DNA of 64,000 bases from Octopus bimaculoides (lineage: Eukaryota). The translations under genes were made by a program, and so were the position numbers. Under the pieces are notes generated by a model. It was not told the DNA's origin. It worked only from the letters and a program-made list of their open reading frames with translations, and searched no databases. Below are positions 12,283 to 25,521 of the stretch, piece after piece. The stretch's first letter is position 1; each line of letters opens with the position of its first letter. The stretch lies in assembly GCF_001194135.2 (NCBI RefSeq), contig NC_069006.1:18662661-18726660 (forward strand), read 5' to 3'.

Positions 12283-13221
12283 CATGTACATACATGCATA
12301 TATGGGTACAGGACATCACCAACATTGCAAATAACATGAAATATGTAAACAAACAAGTTAAACACGTAAACAATGAGAAAAAAATTGAAAACTGGACAAG
12401 TAAACACAGAGAAAGGACCCTTCATCAGTTGTCGGCTGTCTATCAACTCCTTGTTTCAAGTATCCAACAACAATATGAGTCTTCAAAGACAGTTGTTCCC
12501 GTAAATTCTAAAATAAAATTTAGGATTTATGTAGGGTCAAAGTTGGGAACAAAAGCATGACAGTGGAGACATACAAGGAAACCGAACAAAAACAAACGTA
12601 GAGGGTCGTTAGACCAGAATGAGTATATGTATATGTATATATATACATATCCCATATGTGTATGTGTGAGTATGTATTTGTGTCTGTATTTGTCCCCCCA
12701 CCACCACTCGACAACCAGTGTTGGTATGTTTATGTCCCTGAAACATGGTAGTTTGGCATAATAAGGCAGATAGAAAAAGTACCAGGCTTCAAAAATAAGC
12801 ACTAGAAGCGATTTGTTTGACTAAAATTCTTCTAGGTAGTGCCCCAGCATGGCTGCAGTCTCATGAGTGAAAAGAGTAAAAGACAAAATATATCACCACC
12901 ATGATCATCATCTAACATCTATGTTCCATTCTGGCAAGGGCTGGACGGTTTGACAGGATCCAGTGAGTCCAAGGACTGCATCAAATTTCAGTATCTGCTT
13001 TGGCATGGTTTTTTTTTTAAGGGCTGGATGTCCTTTCTAATGTCAACCACTTTTTTGTGTCACCTGCACTATTGAAGTCACTATGCAGCTCACAGGACAA
13101 CAAGCCCAGTGGGAGGTCAGGGAGTTAGCGTCTTGCCAGGGGATGAGGGTATTGGGAGGTGGCAGTGTCAGAGCAGGTTCTTAAAGAGGGCTTGCATAGC
13201 TACTCAGTTCTAGCAGGGGGA

Positions 13222-13258
<37 letters not shown>

Positions 13259-13488
13259 TGACAGTAGGAGCTGCAAGAGATAGATAAGGGCAATGAGGTG
13301 CTTGGAGAGTNNNNNNNNNNNNNNNNNNNNNNNNNNNNNNNNNNNNNNNNNNNNNNNNNNNNNNNNNNNNNNNNNNNNNNNNNNNNNNNNNNNNNNNNNN
13401 NNNNNNNNNNNNNNNNNNNNNNNNNNNNNNNNNNNNNNNNNNNNNNNNNNNNNNNNNNNNNNNNNNNNNNNNNNNNNNNNNNNNNNNN

Positions 13489-13541
<53 letters not shown>

Positions 13542-14074
13542 TACATAGACACATATACATGCATACATACAAACATATTTACATATATGCATGCATATAT
13601 ACATGCATATATGCATACAGAGAGAGAGATGACATGGTTGGGTAGTCTACAGGAACCGAGGAAGGCAGGCATAATGTATGGGAGTGGGGAAGAGGCAGGC
13701 CTGTCTTTTTGAGAACTGCATATTGCCAGAGATTCTAGTCTTCTGTCATCTCCTACATCATCAGTTTAATGTGCACTTTTCCACACTTTCATGAATCAGA
13801 TGGGATTCACCATCATCATCATCATTTTACACCTGTTTACTATAGTGCCATTTGGCTGGATAGACTGTCATAGTCCAATTCTTATTCGGAGTTACTGCCC
13901 CTCCACCCCTACAGATCAAAAGATCACATCTCAATTGTACCTTTTGCCTTTGGCTTGGTTTCTATGGCCAAATACACTTCTTTTCACTAATCACTCCACA
14001 GACTACAGTGAGTGCATTTTATCCTAGCACCAGCACTAAAGAGGTTGTCATGTCTTTAATAATGGTTTCAAACT

Positions 14075-14280
14075 TTTAGCACAAGGCCGGTGATTTCAGA
14101 GAGGGGTTAAGTCAATTACATCAATCCCCAATACTCAACTGGTACTTACTTTATTGACCTCAAAAGGATGAAAGGCAAAGTCAACCTTGGTGGAATTTGA
14201 ACTCAGAATGTAGAGACAGATAAAATGCTGCTAAGCATTCTTCCCAGTGTGCTACTGATTCTGCTAGTTCGCTGCCTTAT
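14075..14280 (-). mobile_element. SINE family B
   Basis: GGATGAAAGGCAAAGTCAACC...ATTTGAACTCAGAA...AGTTCGCTGCCTT. Confidence 0.82.
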
Positions 14281-15014
14281 GTGATGTCCTTAGTAATGCT
14301 GAAGAACTCTCTCAAACTTACATTGTCTTTCCTCAATTGGCTAGATGCATTTTATTGTGGAACCAGCATCGGCGAGGCTGTCGTCTGTTATTTAAAGCTA
14401 GAGTGTCCTCATCGTTCTATATGCATGTACATACAAGGTAACATGTCTGAAAAGGTGATTGGTAGAAATGGCAGAAGAACCAGGAAGGATGGTTGAGGAT
14501 TGCAAGAGTATGTGGGGGAAGACAGTGGAGGAATATAATAAAGGTGGAGGTGTTCAATGGTAAGAGTGAATGCTGGATGTCAGTAGAAATTGTCTTGGTG
14601 AGAGAGAGAGAGACAGACAGACAGAGAGTGATAACTAGGTTATACCATGTATTGTTAGGTACTACCTATGTATGTTATACTGATAGAACAATACAGCAAA
14701 TGGAACAGTGGACAGTTGCTATCTGAAAGTTGCATTGAGCAATATCTTCTTATGAAATTATTGCTTCAAGTATGCAGAACGTCTGCAAATTCCAATTCTG
14801 TTATAGATTCCTAAATAATAAGGATAGATTGGAGATTGGGATATTTTTATTTCATTGTTGACAACTGTTTCAACAATTCCATAATAACTTGTGATATGTT
14901 AGTGGTAATCTTGGTGATCTTGTGATATGTTGATAAACATGTCTGCTATGAAGGATCAGTCTTATATGTTATGTAGTTTAACAACATAGCCATTCATGAA
15001 AACACTTAAATATA

Positions 15015-15290
15015 CAGGGTGCAAGGGGTAAATTGTTGCCATTTTATATTTTTAATTTTGTGTATGCGCATTGTTTGTTTTTGATTTTGTCAAGTACACA
15101 GTATAGTAGGGTCAGTTGGGCACCATCTGAGAGAAATCAGCACCATGACACAATTCACTCTGTCAGAAATTCGGAAACAACATGCTTTACTACTTGGCAT
15201 TTATGCCAGAAGCTCCAATATGGTCATTTCAGAGTGTTTGGGTGTCAGTCTGAGGCCATGTACCGAGAGTGATAGAAATCAAACATCCAG
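15015..15290 (+). mobile_element. 5' end of a Tc1/maT-like transposon
   Basis: TA then CAGGGTG terminus; downstream MTQFTLSEIRKQHALLLGIYARSSNMVISECLGVSLR resembles an N-terminal HTH. Confidence 0.65.
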
Positions 15291-15329
15291 TCAGCATCAT
15301 GATGTTTCACTGAAAGAAGCTCATCATGC

Positions 15330-15384
<55 letters not shown>

Positions 15385-15439
15385 CCTACACACGTGTGTG
15401 TGAGTGTGCACATGTGTGCATGCGTGTGCGTGTGTGGGT

Positions 15440-15690
15440 GTATGCGTGCGCTCGTGTGTGTTGTGTCTTCTTGCCTTGACATCGCATGATAGTTGTAAAT
15501 GATTGTCACTGTCATACAGGTTGTGTCACTCATTTCCAATATCATGTCAGGCCATGGGGAAATATGACCTTGCTTGAAAACAGGTGAGGGTTGACAACAG
15601 GCAGGCAATCTGGCCATAGAAAATCTGCTTCAATAAACGCTGTCCAACCCATGTAAGTATGGAAAAGTGGGCATTAACTGATGATGATGA
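15440..15690 (+). mobile_element. SINE tail type E ending in RTE-like (GAT)n
   Basis: CTTGACATC..AGTTGTAAAT..CCAACCCATG..GATGATGA; homologs at 21280, 24570 (-) and 25190 (-). Confidence 0.7.
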
Positions 15691-16329
15691 CATAATTTAT
15701 TACACCAAACTTAGGTATAGGCAAAGCTGTGTGTTTAAGAAGTTAGCTTTGCAACCACGTGGTTACAAGTTCAATCCCATTGCATGGGATTGAACTAGTT
15801 TCTTCTACTATAACCCCATGCTTATCGACTGGGAGAAAACAATTTCATCTCTGAAGAACAGTCAACAAACCATAAAATGGTTGATCAAAAGATGCTCTCC
15901 TACTTTTGTTCCATACATCAATAGCATAAAATAGTGTGTTTATGTTTATATTTATCCCACAGTGAGGCTTTGTATTATTTAAATGTATTTTAGGTTGTCA
16001 GATATAGGCCATGTTATGCATAAAATAGATATTGCTTAAGCAATCGTTTCTGTTACAGATACAAGGCTTGAAATATTTTAGGTAGGGGGTGGTGAGGGCC
16101 TAGTCAGTTCCACTAACCGTGTGTGTGTGTGTGTGTGTGTGCCTATGTCTACTTGTACAAGTAGGGGAGAAGACTTGTGCATATTTGTAGTCACTACAGG
16201 TAAATAACATGCTAACCTGCTGTGACAACAAAGATGAATAATATATGAACAATATAGTTGTTTTTAGAAGGGAACAGTTTAACAGCTTAAGTGTAGTAAC
16301 TTCATATGAACACTTTAACAACTTGACTA

Positions 16330-16705
16330 AAATTGTAGCTTTCCTATCATATGGTTCTGGGTTCAGTCCCCCTGAATGGCACCATAGGCAAGTGCCTTCT
16401 ACATTAGCTCCAGGTAACCAAAACCTTGTGAGTGGATTTGGTAGATAGAAACCGAAAGAAGCCCATTTCGTGTGTGTGTGCGTGTGTTTGTGTCTTCTAT
16501 GTTTGTCCCCACCACCACTTGACAGTCTGTGTTGGTTTGTTTACAACCCATAACTTAGCACCTTGGCAAAAGAGGTTGGTAAAATAAGTACCAGACTAAA
16601 AAAAAGTATTGGGATCAATTTGTTCAACTAAACCCTTCAAGGTAGTGTACCAGAATGGCTACAGTCAAATGAGTGAAGCAAGTAACACATAAGGACAAAA
16701 GAGAC
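16330..16705 (+). mobile_element. SINE family A
   Basis: GGTTCTGGGTTCAGTCCC..GTGAGTGGATTTGGTAGA..family A tail. Confidence 0.85.
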
Positions 16706-16964
16706 AGTAATTACAGATTAATAGATAAATAATAAAGTTTCAATAATTACCGGTGAACATGATGAGATTTATGTCCCTAACATTCTTTGGAATATGATGA
16801 AAGTGAAACTGAAAACAGTCTTCAGCAACACAATAGTGATATATTTTAATTTTGTTTGGTATTAAATTAAATCCCAATTAGAAATTATGGTTAGTTTGAC
16901 ACATCACACTTGCAGTGTTCTCATCATTGTATTCTAGCATTAAAATCCTTTCTTCCATAGGCAC

Positions 16965-17185
16965 AAGGCCAGCAATTTCAAATTTTGACACAAGGTCAGC
17001 AAGTATGGAGGAAGGAGATGGGTTAAGATGATAAAATCAATCCCAGTGCTCAGCCGGTACTTATTTTATTGATCCCCAAAAGGATAAAAGGCAAAATTAA
17101 CTTTGGTGGAATTTGAACATGAAGATGAACGAAATGCCGCAAAGCATTTTGCGCAACAAGCTAACAATTCTGCCAGCTTACTACC
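16965..17185 (-). mobile_element. SINE family B
   Basis: Reverse-complement match to family B, ending CTGCCAGCTTACTACCTT. Confidence 0.8.
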
Positions 17186-17544
17186 TTTTTTCTGGCATTG
17201 AAATAAAACTATTTTAGCCACCATCAGGCAGCACCCACTAACTATATAGATAAAGGGAGGTAAGAAGAGGAAGTAAAAGATATTGCAAGGAATATGGCAA
17301 GTAAAAAAACAAGATTTCAAAATCTCAGTTTTTGACAACATGAAAGTATTATTAATGATGAACTGTAATGAGAGAACTGATGCAGCCAACTTCATCCAAC
17401 TTCATTACTTTACTGGTATTTTATCAATTCTTGAATGGTGTAAGACTAAGTAAACCTCCGTAAGACAAGAACTTAGAACCTAGAGAAATATAACTAAATA
17501 CAGCATAGTATTTTTGGTAAGTAACCTGCCCACAGCCAGCCCTG

Positions 17545-17727
17545 GCTCTATGATACAAACTTGCTGTTTAAAGAAATCTAAATTAAAACCTTCCATTGAA
17601 ATTTTATGTTAATTTAAGTTCTGAATACCAGCTTAATTATGATTAAAGTTGTTTTAATAAATTCATTATTTTGAAAATTATTTGAAACAAAGGCAGAGTA
17701 TTTCAACAGAAATATGATAACAAAAGG
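17545..17727 (+). mobile_element. piggyBac-like MITE, right part
   Basis: Ends AACAAAAGG followed by TTAA; homologous to 42374-42594. Confidence 0.6.
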
Positions 17728-18576
17728 TTAAATGACTGTTATCCATTGTACGTCAGTTGGTGGAATAGAAAGAGATTTTCTCACTCATCATCATCATAAC
17801 ATTTCCAATTGTTTTGTGCAAGTTTCTGCAGCACCACTAAGTGCACCAACTCATTCCTGTTGTAGTATTTTGCTTGTTTATTTCTAGTGATATTTTAGTG
17901 TTTCATCTGTTTGTTTTGATGAACATGTGTTCTATGTTTGTGCTGTTATGTGCTAACTGACTTTCATACCTGTAACATGAGTAGTGCTATAGTATTTGGT
18001 AGAGGTTCTATGCAGTAAATACAATGTGGATTGGAAAAGAAAAACATGCTTTGTGACATTTGTTCCAAGTTTTTGCATTCCAAGTTCAAATCCCAGCAAG
18101 ATCGATTTTACCTTTTGTTTCTCTGAAGTCATATAAAAATAAGGTACCTGTTAAGTACTGGGCTTGATTTAATTAACTAACACCTCCCCACCTTTATTCC
18201 TAAATTAGAAACAATCGTTTTAGAATTGGCAGAATTATTAGTGTCTCAGATAAAATATCTTGTGTTATTTGTTCAGGCTTTTTATATTCTGAGTTCAAAA
18301 CACACTCAGGCCAAGATTGTCTTTCAGCTTTCTGGGATTGATAAAATAAAGTATCAGTCAAGTACTGGAGGTGATAAATGAACAACCTGCTTCCCATGAA
18401 ATTTTTGCTTTTGTAACTATGTTAGGAATTTAAGAAGGGCATCCAGCTGTAGAAATCAAGCCAAAACAGACTATGGAACCTGGTATGGCCTTTTGACTTG
18501 CTAGTTCCTGTCAAGCTGTCCAACCCATGCAAGCATGGAAAACAGACGTATGAGGATGATGATGAGTGTTAAACCG

Positions 18577-18975
18577 AAGGTGGCGAACTGGCAGAATCAT
18601 TAGCAATGCCAAACAAAGTGCTTAGCAGCATTTCTTCTGGCTTGACATTCTGAGTTCAAATGCTGACAAAGTAGACTTTACCCTTCATACTTTTGGTATT
18701 GATAGAATAAAGTACCATTGAGCACTGGGATCGATGTAATCAACTTCCCTATCCCCTCAATATGGCAGGCTTTGTCCCAAAAATCAAAAAGAATTATTAT
18801 TGTTAAGTTGTTTGTCTTTATGTTCTGAGTTCAAATTCTGGTGAAGTCAACTTTACCTTTCATCCTTCCAAGGGCAATGAAACAAGTACCAGTTTAGCAC
18901 TGGGGTTAATGTAATTGATTAGCACCCTCCCCACAAATTTTGGCCCTTGTGCCTTTTGTAGAGAGGATTGTTAAG
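18577..18975 (+). mobile_element. Two tandem SINE family B copies
   Basis: AAGGTGGCGAACTGGCAGAATC head; two TTCTGAGTTCAAAT blocks. Confidence 0.8.
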
Positions 18976-19449
18976 TTAAATTTTGAAAGGTTTAATGGAA
19001 AGGTACAGGTGATTAAATTGACCCAATTTGTTAACTGGTACACATTGAAATCTCCCCTAAGAGGATGAAGGGAAAAGTAGACCAAGGGCAGATTTGAACT
19101 CACAATGTAAAGAACAAAGCAAAATCATGCAAATATGTTTGCTAATTAGTTTTTAGCTAAGTGCTCCAGTAATTCTGTTGTCAAATACCAACAGTGATGT
19201 GATGCTAATGCTAACTAGTAATTAAAAAAAAATGTAATAAACATTGACAGGTGTGAAGAATATCTTTGGAGGAAGAAATATAAACAACAAACAGACATCC
19301 TCACATATAGGCAGACACAAACGTACAGACAATAACAACACGCACATACATTGAACAGCACTTTTGGCATGTGTTTTCATCCACTATAGCTCTGGGCTAA
19401 CCAAAGTCTTATGACTGGATTTGATAAACAGACACTGAAAGAAGCCCAT

Positions 19450-19487
<38 letters not shown>

Positions 19488-19595
19488 ATAATAATATTAG
19501 GGACAAAATCCAAAATTACAGGTAAAAAGCTCAATTAAAATCAATTTATAAAAAATTAAAATTAAATTGAGCCTTATAGATAAAGTATATATAAA

Positions 19596-19779
19596 ATATA
19601 TAGTTTTAGGGAAAATAACCAATTTTCAAGAACTCATCGATGAAAATCCACTATCACATATAGAAAAATTAATAATTAAAAGCACAATAAATGAGTATAA
19701 GTGCTTTTAATTATTAATTTTTCTATATGTGATAGTGGATTTTCATCGATGAGTTCTTGAAAATTGGTTATTTTCCCTA

Positions 19780-19790
<11 letters not shown>
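19596..19790. repeat. Near-perfect 90-bp inverted repeat with 15-nt spacer
   Basis: 19596-19685 is the reverse complement of 19701-19790 with one mismatch (19606/19780). Confidence 0.95.
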
Positions 19791-19814
<24 letters not shown>

Positions 19815-21099
19815 TGAGTTGAAGAAACAGAACAATAAAAGAATTATATTCTACAATCAGCAGACACATTTGCCCAATCGCAGGCAAAATTAAAATCATC
19901 AATGTACTCATTGTGATTTCATAGCAAATTCCATAACTGGACTGAAATTACATTCCTGCATCCATCACAAGTAGATGCAGCTTCTCTCATTTTAAAGTTA
20001 TGTATTTTTCGCTCTTTTCTCTTTTTTAAAAATCCTCTCTTTCAAACACTCAATCATTGAAATCCATGGGAGTGACTAACATACATTGTAAGATAAAAAG
20101 ATAATGTCGTTAGTAGGTTTGGAAGTTATAAAGGTGAAAGAGGTGGGTGAAATAAAATAAATTAAGATAAAGTAAAGCAGGATAAAATGAGGTATTAGAG
20201 GGTTTAACTTTCATGATAGGTTTAGGGGTATAAAGTTCTAAAGGTTCATGGATGTAAGTGATTACGGATACATATGTATGAATGCGTGTGTGTCTGTCTT
20301 TGTATTTGTCCCCCACCAGCCCTTGACAACCAGTGTTGGTTTGTTTATGTCCCCTAGTGGTTTGGTAAAAAGAGGCTGATAGAATGAGAACCAGACTATA
20401 AAACAATAAGCACTGGGGGTGATTTGATCCACTAAAACCTTTCATGGTGATGCCCCTGTATGGTCACAATCCTTGAAACAAGTAAAAAATTAAAATATAT
20501 ACACAAACACTTTCATACTTACACACAAACTAACACCTACCTACATAATGACAAGCATGCATACACACACTCACACACAGACACACACACACACACACAC
20601 ATGCATGCACAAGCATATACTAACATATAATGAAAGAGAAGCTTCAAGGAAGCTGTTCAAATTGCTAGAAATAACAGCCACATGTCCCTCAAATTACACT
20701 GACTGTCTTTAAATCTAAAAGAAGACAGGAAGGCCATCTGGTCATAAAATACAGTACCAAAAAGTCATATCTACCCCAAGCCAGCATCGAAAAGGAGAAT
20801 GTAAAAACAATGCCAATGAGGATGTATGTATGTATGTAATTATTCCGTTTTATTTCAAGATTTCTTGCCAACAGAGAAAGAGCCAGTTTCTAACCTAGAT
20901 CCAAGGCTCCTTCATTGGAATTTCAACAACACCAACAGGGTATTTTTGTATGTATGTATTATATGTGCAGATTTGTATGTTTTGCTTTATGTATGTATTC
21001 TCAGGTATGTATGTGTGTGTGTTTGTGCATGAAGTATGTATGTGTGTTTGTGCAGGTAGTGTGTATGCATTTACATACGTATGTATATTGTATCTAGGC

Positions 21100-21420
21100 A
21101 CAGACATAGCTGAGTGATTGGAAGTTTACTTCCCATCTACATGGTTCCATGTATAGTCCCACTATGTGACACCTTGGGCAAGTGTCTTCAATTATAGCCC
21201 AAGGCCAAGCGAAGCTTTGTGTGGATTTGGTAGACAGAAACTGGAAGAAGCCTGTTGTTTGTGTGTCACTCTCTCTCTCCTTGTTTTGACATCATACAGT
21301 AGTTGTAAATGAGTGCATCATCGTACAAACAGTATCTCCCGTTTCAATCATCCATGAAAATATGTCCAGCCATGGCAAAATATTACCTTTGTTAGAAACA
21401 GATGAGGGTTGGTGACAACA
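21100..21420 (+). mobile_element. SINE with family A head and type E tail
   Basis: A head and core (GACACCTTGGGCAAGTGTC..TTTGGTAGACAGAAAC) followed by TTGACATC..AGTTGTAAATGAG. Confidence 0.75.
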
Positions 21421-21972
21421 AGAGCATTCAGAGCATATATATATATCAAGGCCGACAGGAAGCGGTCCAGCTTCCTAGGGCTAAATAGCAATAGTATATT
21501 CCCTTATTGGGACTGTCATGTTAAGTTGGCAGTATACAACTACTTTATTGCATCACTACTGCTTAAGTCTCTCTGAGAGATTTAGAAATGTATTATTTCT
21601 AATATATATATATATATATANNNNNNNNNNNNNNNNNNNNNNNNNNNNNNNNNNNNNNNNNNNNNNNNNNNNNNNNNNNNNNNNNNNNNNNNNNNNNNNN
21701 NNNNNNNNNNNNNNNNNNNNNNNNNNNNNNNNNNNNNNNNNNNNNNNNNNNNNNNNNNNNNNNNNNNNNNNNNNNNNNNNNNNNNNNNNNNNNNNNNNNN
21801 NNNNNNNNNNNNNNNNNNNNNNNNNNNNNNNCCTTCTTGAAAATTTGCTTCGCAATGAAAGCCGGTTAGAAATCTTTATTAAAATATGCTTCCAGTTTAG
21901 CATTCTGCCTTATTCTTCATTTTTCTATTATTTCTCCACGTGCGGTTAACACAACCCCACTATTTACTGACT

Positions 21973-22015
<43 letters not shown>

Positions 22016-22082
22016 TAAATAAAATGAGATAACAAAGCCAAGGCTGTGTGTAATTTTCAGGGCACTTATAAAGAGAAAGTTA

Positions 22083-22131
22083 GCATTACAGCTGTTTCTG
22101 GGATATTAGGGATATCCCTTCATCAGAGACG
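22083..22131 (-). ncRNA. Type-I hammerhead-like motif with decayed stem I
   Basis: Minus strand: CTGATGA-A-GGGATAT-cccta-ATATCCC-A-GAAA, palindrome ACAGCTGT, GTA triplet. Confidence 0.62.
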
Positions 22132-22874
22132 ATGTGAGATGGTTAAATAGAGGGAAATAGTAGAGTTCGATATACGGAGTTATTTTGGAAAAGGATGGAA
22201 ATAAGAAGTATAAAGGGAAATAAGAGAATCAAAGTAGTAAAAAGAAATATATATATAGGATGTTATAGTTGCAGTTCCATTATCCGAGGAAAGTGGTATG
22301 TAGAAGTGGTAGAGATGCTTCTTGTCCGTGGTATGTAAATTCCGATAGGAGTTCATATTTTGTCATTACAAATGGAAAGTATGGAGCTGTAGATTCCATG
22401 TGCTGTTCATCCAAAGGGATCTTGTGGTATAAATATATAAATATATTAGTTGGTCTGTAGTTTATAAGTCTGAAAAAAAGCACTCGCCCCCAAATTCTTT
22501 TGAGTAATGATATTTAACTTTCTGTGCATGTGCACACACACACACACACAAATATTATATCTATCATCATTGTTATCCTCATTTTAACACACACTTTTCT
22601 ATGTTTGCATGGGCTAGATGGAATTCAAACATACCGTCAATGGTTAGATGTCCATCCTGTCATCAGCACTCACGTTCTTTCATGCATGGTATTCCCTCGC
22701 CCCCCCGTGACCAGACATGTTTCAATGGAAGATTGAAAAGGAACAACAGCACTTTGTATAACAGTTGTTCCTATTTTGAAACTGTTATATGAACCCAAGG
22801 CAATTAGAAACCAACACACCCACTTACACTTATTCCTCCCCCACATATAAAGATAGATATAGCAACATATTCAT

Positions 22875-23175
22875 ATACAATGGGATTCTTTCAGTTTCCA
22901 TCTAACAAATCCACTCACAAGGCTTTAGTCAAAGTGGGGCTTTAGTCAAAGTGGGGCTTTAGTAGAAAGTACTTGCCCAAAGTGCTAGATATCTTATCTT
23001 TTACTTGTCTTTGTCTTTGGACAGTGGCCTTGCTTGGGCACTGCCTTGAAGGGTTTTGGCCTCAAAAATCAATCCCCAGTACTCTTTTTTTCTAAGTGTG
23101 CTACTTATTCATTAAGGCTCTTTTGTTGAACTGCTAAGTTATGGGGATGTAGACAAACCAACACGAGGTTGTGGC
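22875..23175 (-). mobile_element. SINE family A with internal 17-bp tandem duplication
   Basis: GGCTTTAGTCAAAGTGG twice near 22921-22955, inside family A sequence. Confidence 0.75.
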
Positions 23176-23379
23176 AGATATAACCACTTCACACTGAGGC
23201 ACACACATGCACACACTCACACATAATCTGGGTAATAACCTTATGGCATGCTTTACAAAGCTCTTCCATAGGTATTGGCTACCATATGCTATCATATAGC
23301 AGGAATTCGCCTTTTAATGGATATACATGTGGAAATTCATTAATATCATAGAATTGATATTAAAAAATTACAGTACGAG

Positions 23380-23493
23380 AAGATGGAATGAACAGGCTTT
23401 AATCCAAATCACTACAACAGCAATTACCAGTTTATACTACTCACAGAAACAATTATAGCGATTTTGATTAAAGCCTGTTCATTCTATCATCTT
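23380..23493. repeat. Imperfect inverted repeat (~35-bp arms), MITE-like
   Basis: AAGATGGAATGAACAGGCTTTAATCCAAATCACTA versus TAGCGATTTTGATTAAAGCCTGTTCATTCTATCATCTT. Confidence 0.85.
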
Positions 23494-23497
23494 GTGT

Positions 23498-23529
<32 letters not shown>

Positions 23530-25521
23530 GTGGGCTTCTATCTTCTGTTTCCATCTACCAAATCTTTGATCAACTCAAGGCTATTGGAGAAGACACTTAC
23601 CCCAAGGTGCCATGTTGTGTGACTGGACATAAAACCATGTAGTTGCGAAGCAAACTTCTTACCACACAGTCAGGCCTGCACCTTCTGTCTATATTATATA
23701 AGTCAAGAAATTCTAATTTCAATGTTTATTGAGATCATTATTTAAACCACTATTGTAAAATTCCCTTGTACTTATCATCTAAACACTTATATATCTAAAT
23801 AGACAACCCCACCCCAACTACACACAAACACACACAATTACACAAACACACACACACACACACACACACAGACACACACATATATATATATACTAAAAAT
23901 ATTTCACATAAGTCAAAAGCTATGGAAAAATAATTGTCAAAAGAAAATATGTTTTTCCATTTATATTGTAGTGAATTAATTCCTAAGTATATTATTACAG
24001 TCAAATCATTCCAAAATACNNNNNNNNNNNNNNNNNNNNNNNNNNNNNNNNNNNTATATATATATATGTATGTATGTATGTATGTATATGCAAATAATAC
24101 AAAATATACTGGTATATACTAAATAAAATTACAGAGTTTGTATTATGAATATTTATAATTATTTCAAGAAAATATAAATTGAAGCTTTCATTTTATAATA
24201 AATATACCACATACCGTTATACTTTCTAAAGAGTCAAACGTATAAATACATACACACACACACACACCCACACACACACTCATGTACAAGTGAACACACA
24301 CACACACACTCATGTACAAGTGCACATATACACACACACACACACGAATATGGGGGATATCGAGGAAAGTGAAATTAATTTGCTTTTACAGTTGCACATT
24401 TTTGCATGTGCTTGAGCGTGTGTGTGTGTGTGTGTGTTATACTGAGATCTTAGTTCTAATGCATGTATGAGTATATGCGCATGCATAACTATACATGCCT
24501 GAGTGCATATGGTTTAAGTGAGTGTAATTTTGAAGATGGATACCTCTTCGTCCTCCTCTTCCTTCTCATCATCATTTTAATGTCTTCCTTCCCATGCTTG
24601 CAAATATCAGACAGAGTTTATTGAGCCAAATTCTCTATGGCTGGATGCTCTTCCTGCTTTTTGCAGAATATTGGAAATGAATGACACTGCTTGTATGACA
24701 GTGAAATTCATTGCTTGACAACTGTCAAGCAATGTCAAGGCAAGGAAATACAAACATGCATACATTCACACTCATACACACACACATGTACATACCAACA
24801 CTCACACACACACATTTATATATGAGAGCATTTTTCAGTTTCTGTCTACCAAATCCACTCACAGGGCTTTGGTTGGCCCAGGCCTATAGCAGAAGACACA
24901 TGCTCAAAGGGCCACACAATGTGATAGAACCCAAAACCTTGTTGTTGTAAGCAAACTTCTCAACCAAGTATATAAATATAAACATAAATGTACATATTGA
25001 ATAGATGTTCTCTGGTAGCAATGGTGTGTAAGTTAAGAGTAAAAAAACAAATAATGTTTGTCCGTAGATATTATTGATATTTTTGACCCAAAAGAATATA
25101 TTTCTATTTTGATTTTTTGAATTTGTTTTGGTTCAGATTCTTGTCTTGATACCTATGAACACAAACATCATCCTTATTATCACTTTTATGCATACTTTTC
25201 CATACTTGCATGGCTCAAATGGAATTTTGTCTAGGCAGATTTTCTATGGCTGGATGCTCTTCCTGTTACCAACTCTCACCTGTTTACAAGTAAGGTAACA
25301 TTTCCCCATAACCAGAAATGTTTTCATAGAAGATTGGGAACGCAGGACACTGCTTGCATGATGGTAACATTCATTGACAACTATCATATGATGTCAAAGC
25401 AGGGGAACAGTAACACCCACACAACACATACATATGTATGTGTTTATAGATATATGTATGCATGTAAGTCTAAATATATATATGGTAACTGAAAGATGGA
25501 ATATACGAGAATTTATTATTA

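Noticed and set aside
12415-12470. Minus-strand GAAAC...CTGATGA as a possible type-II hammerhead
   Set aside because: Stems I and III do not form convincingly
14430-14990. Possible CR1-like LINE 3' remnant on the minus strand
   Set aside because: Only a very weak LFYQY resemblance; too decayed to support
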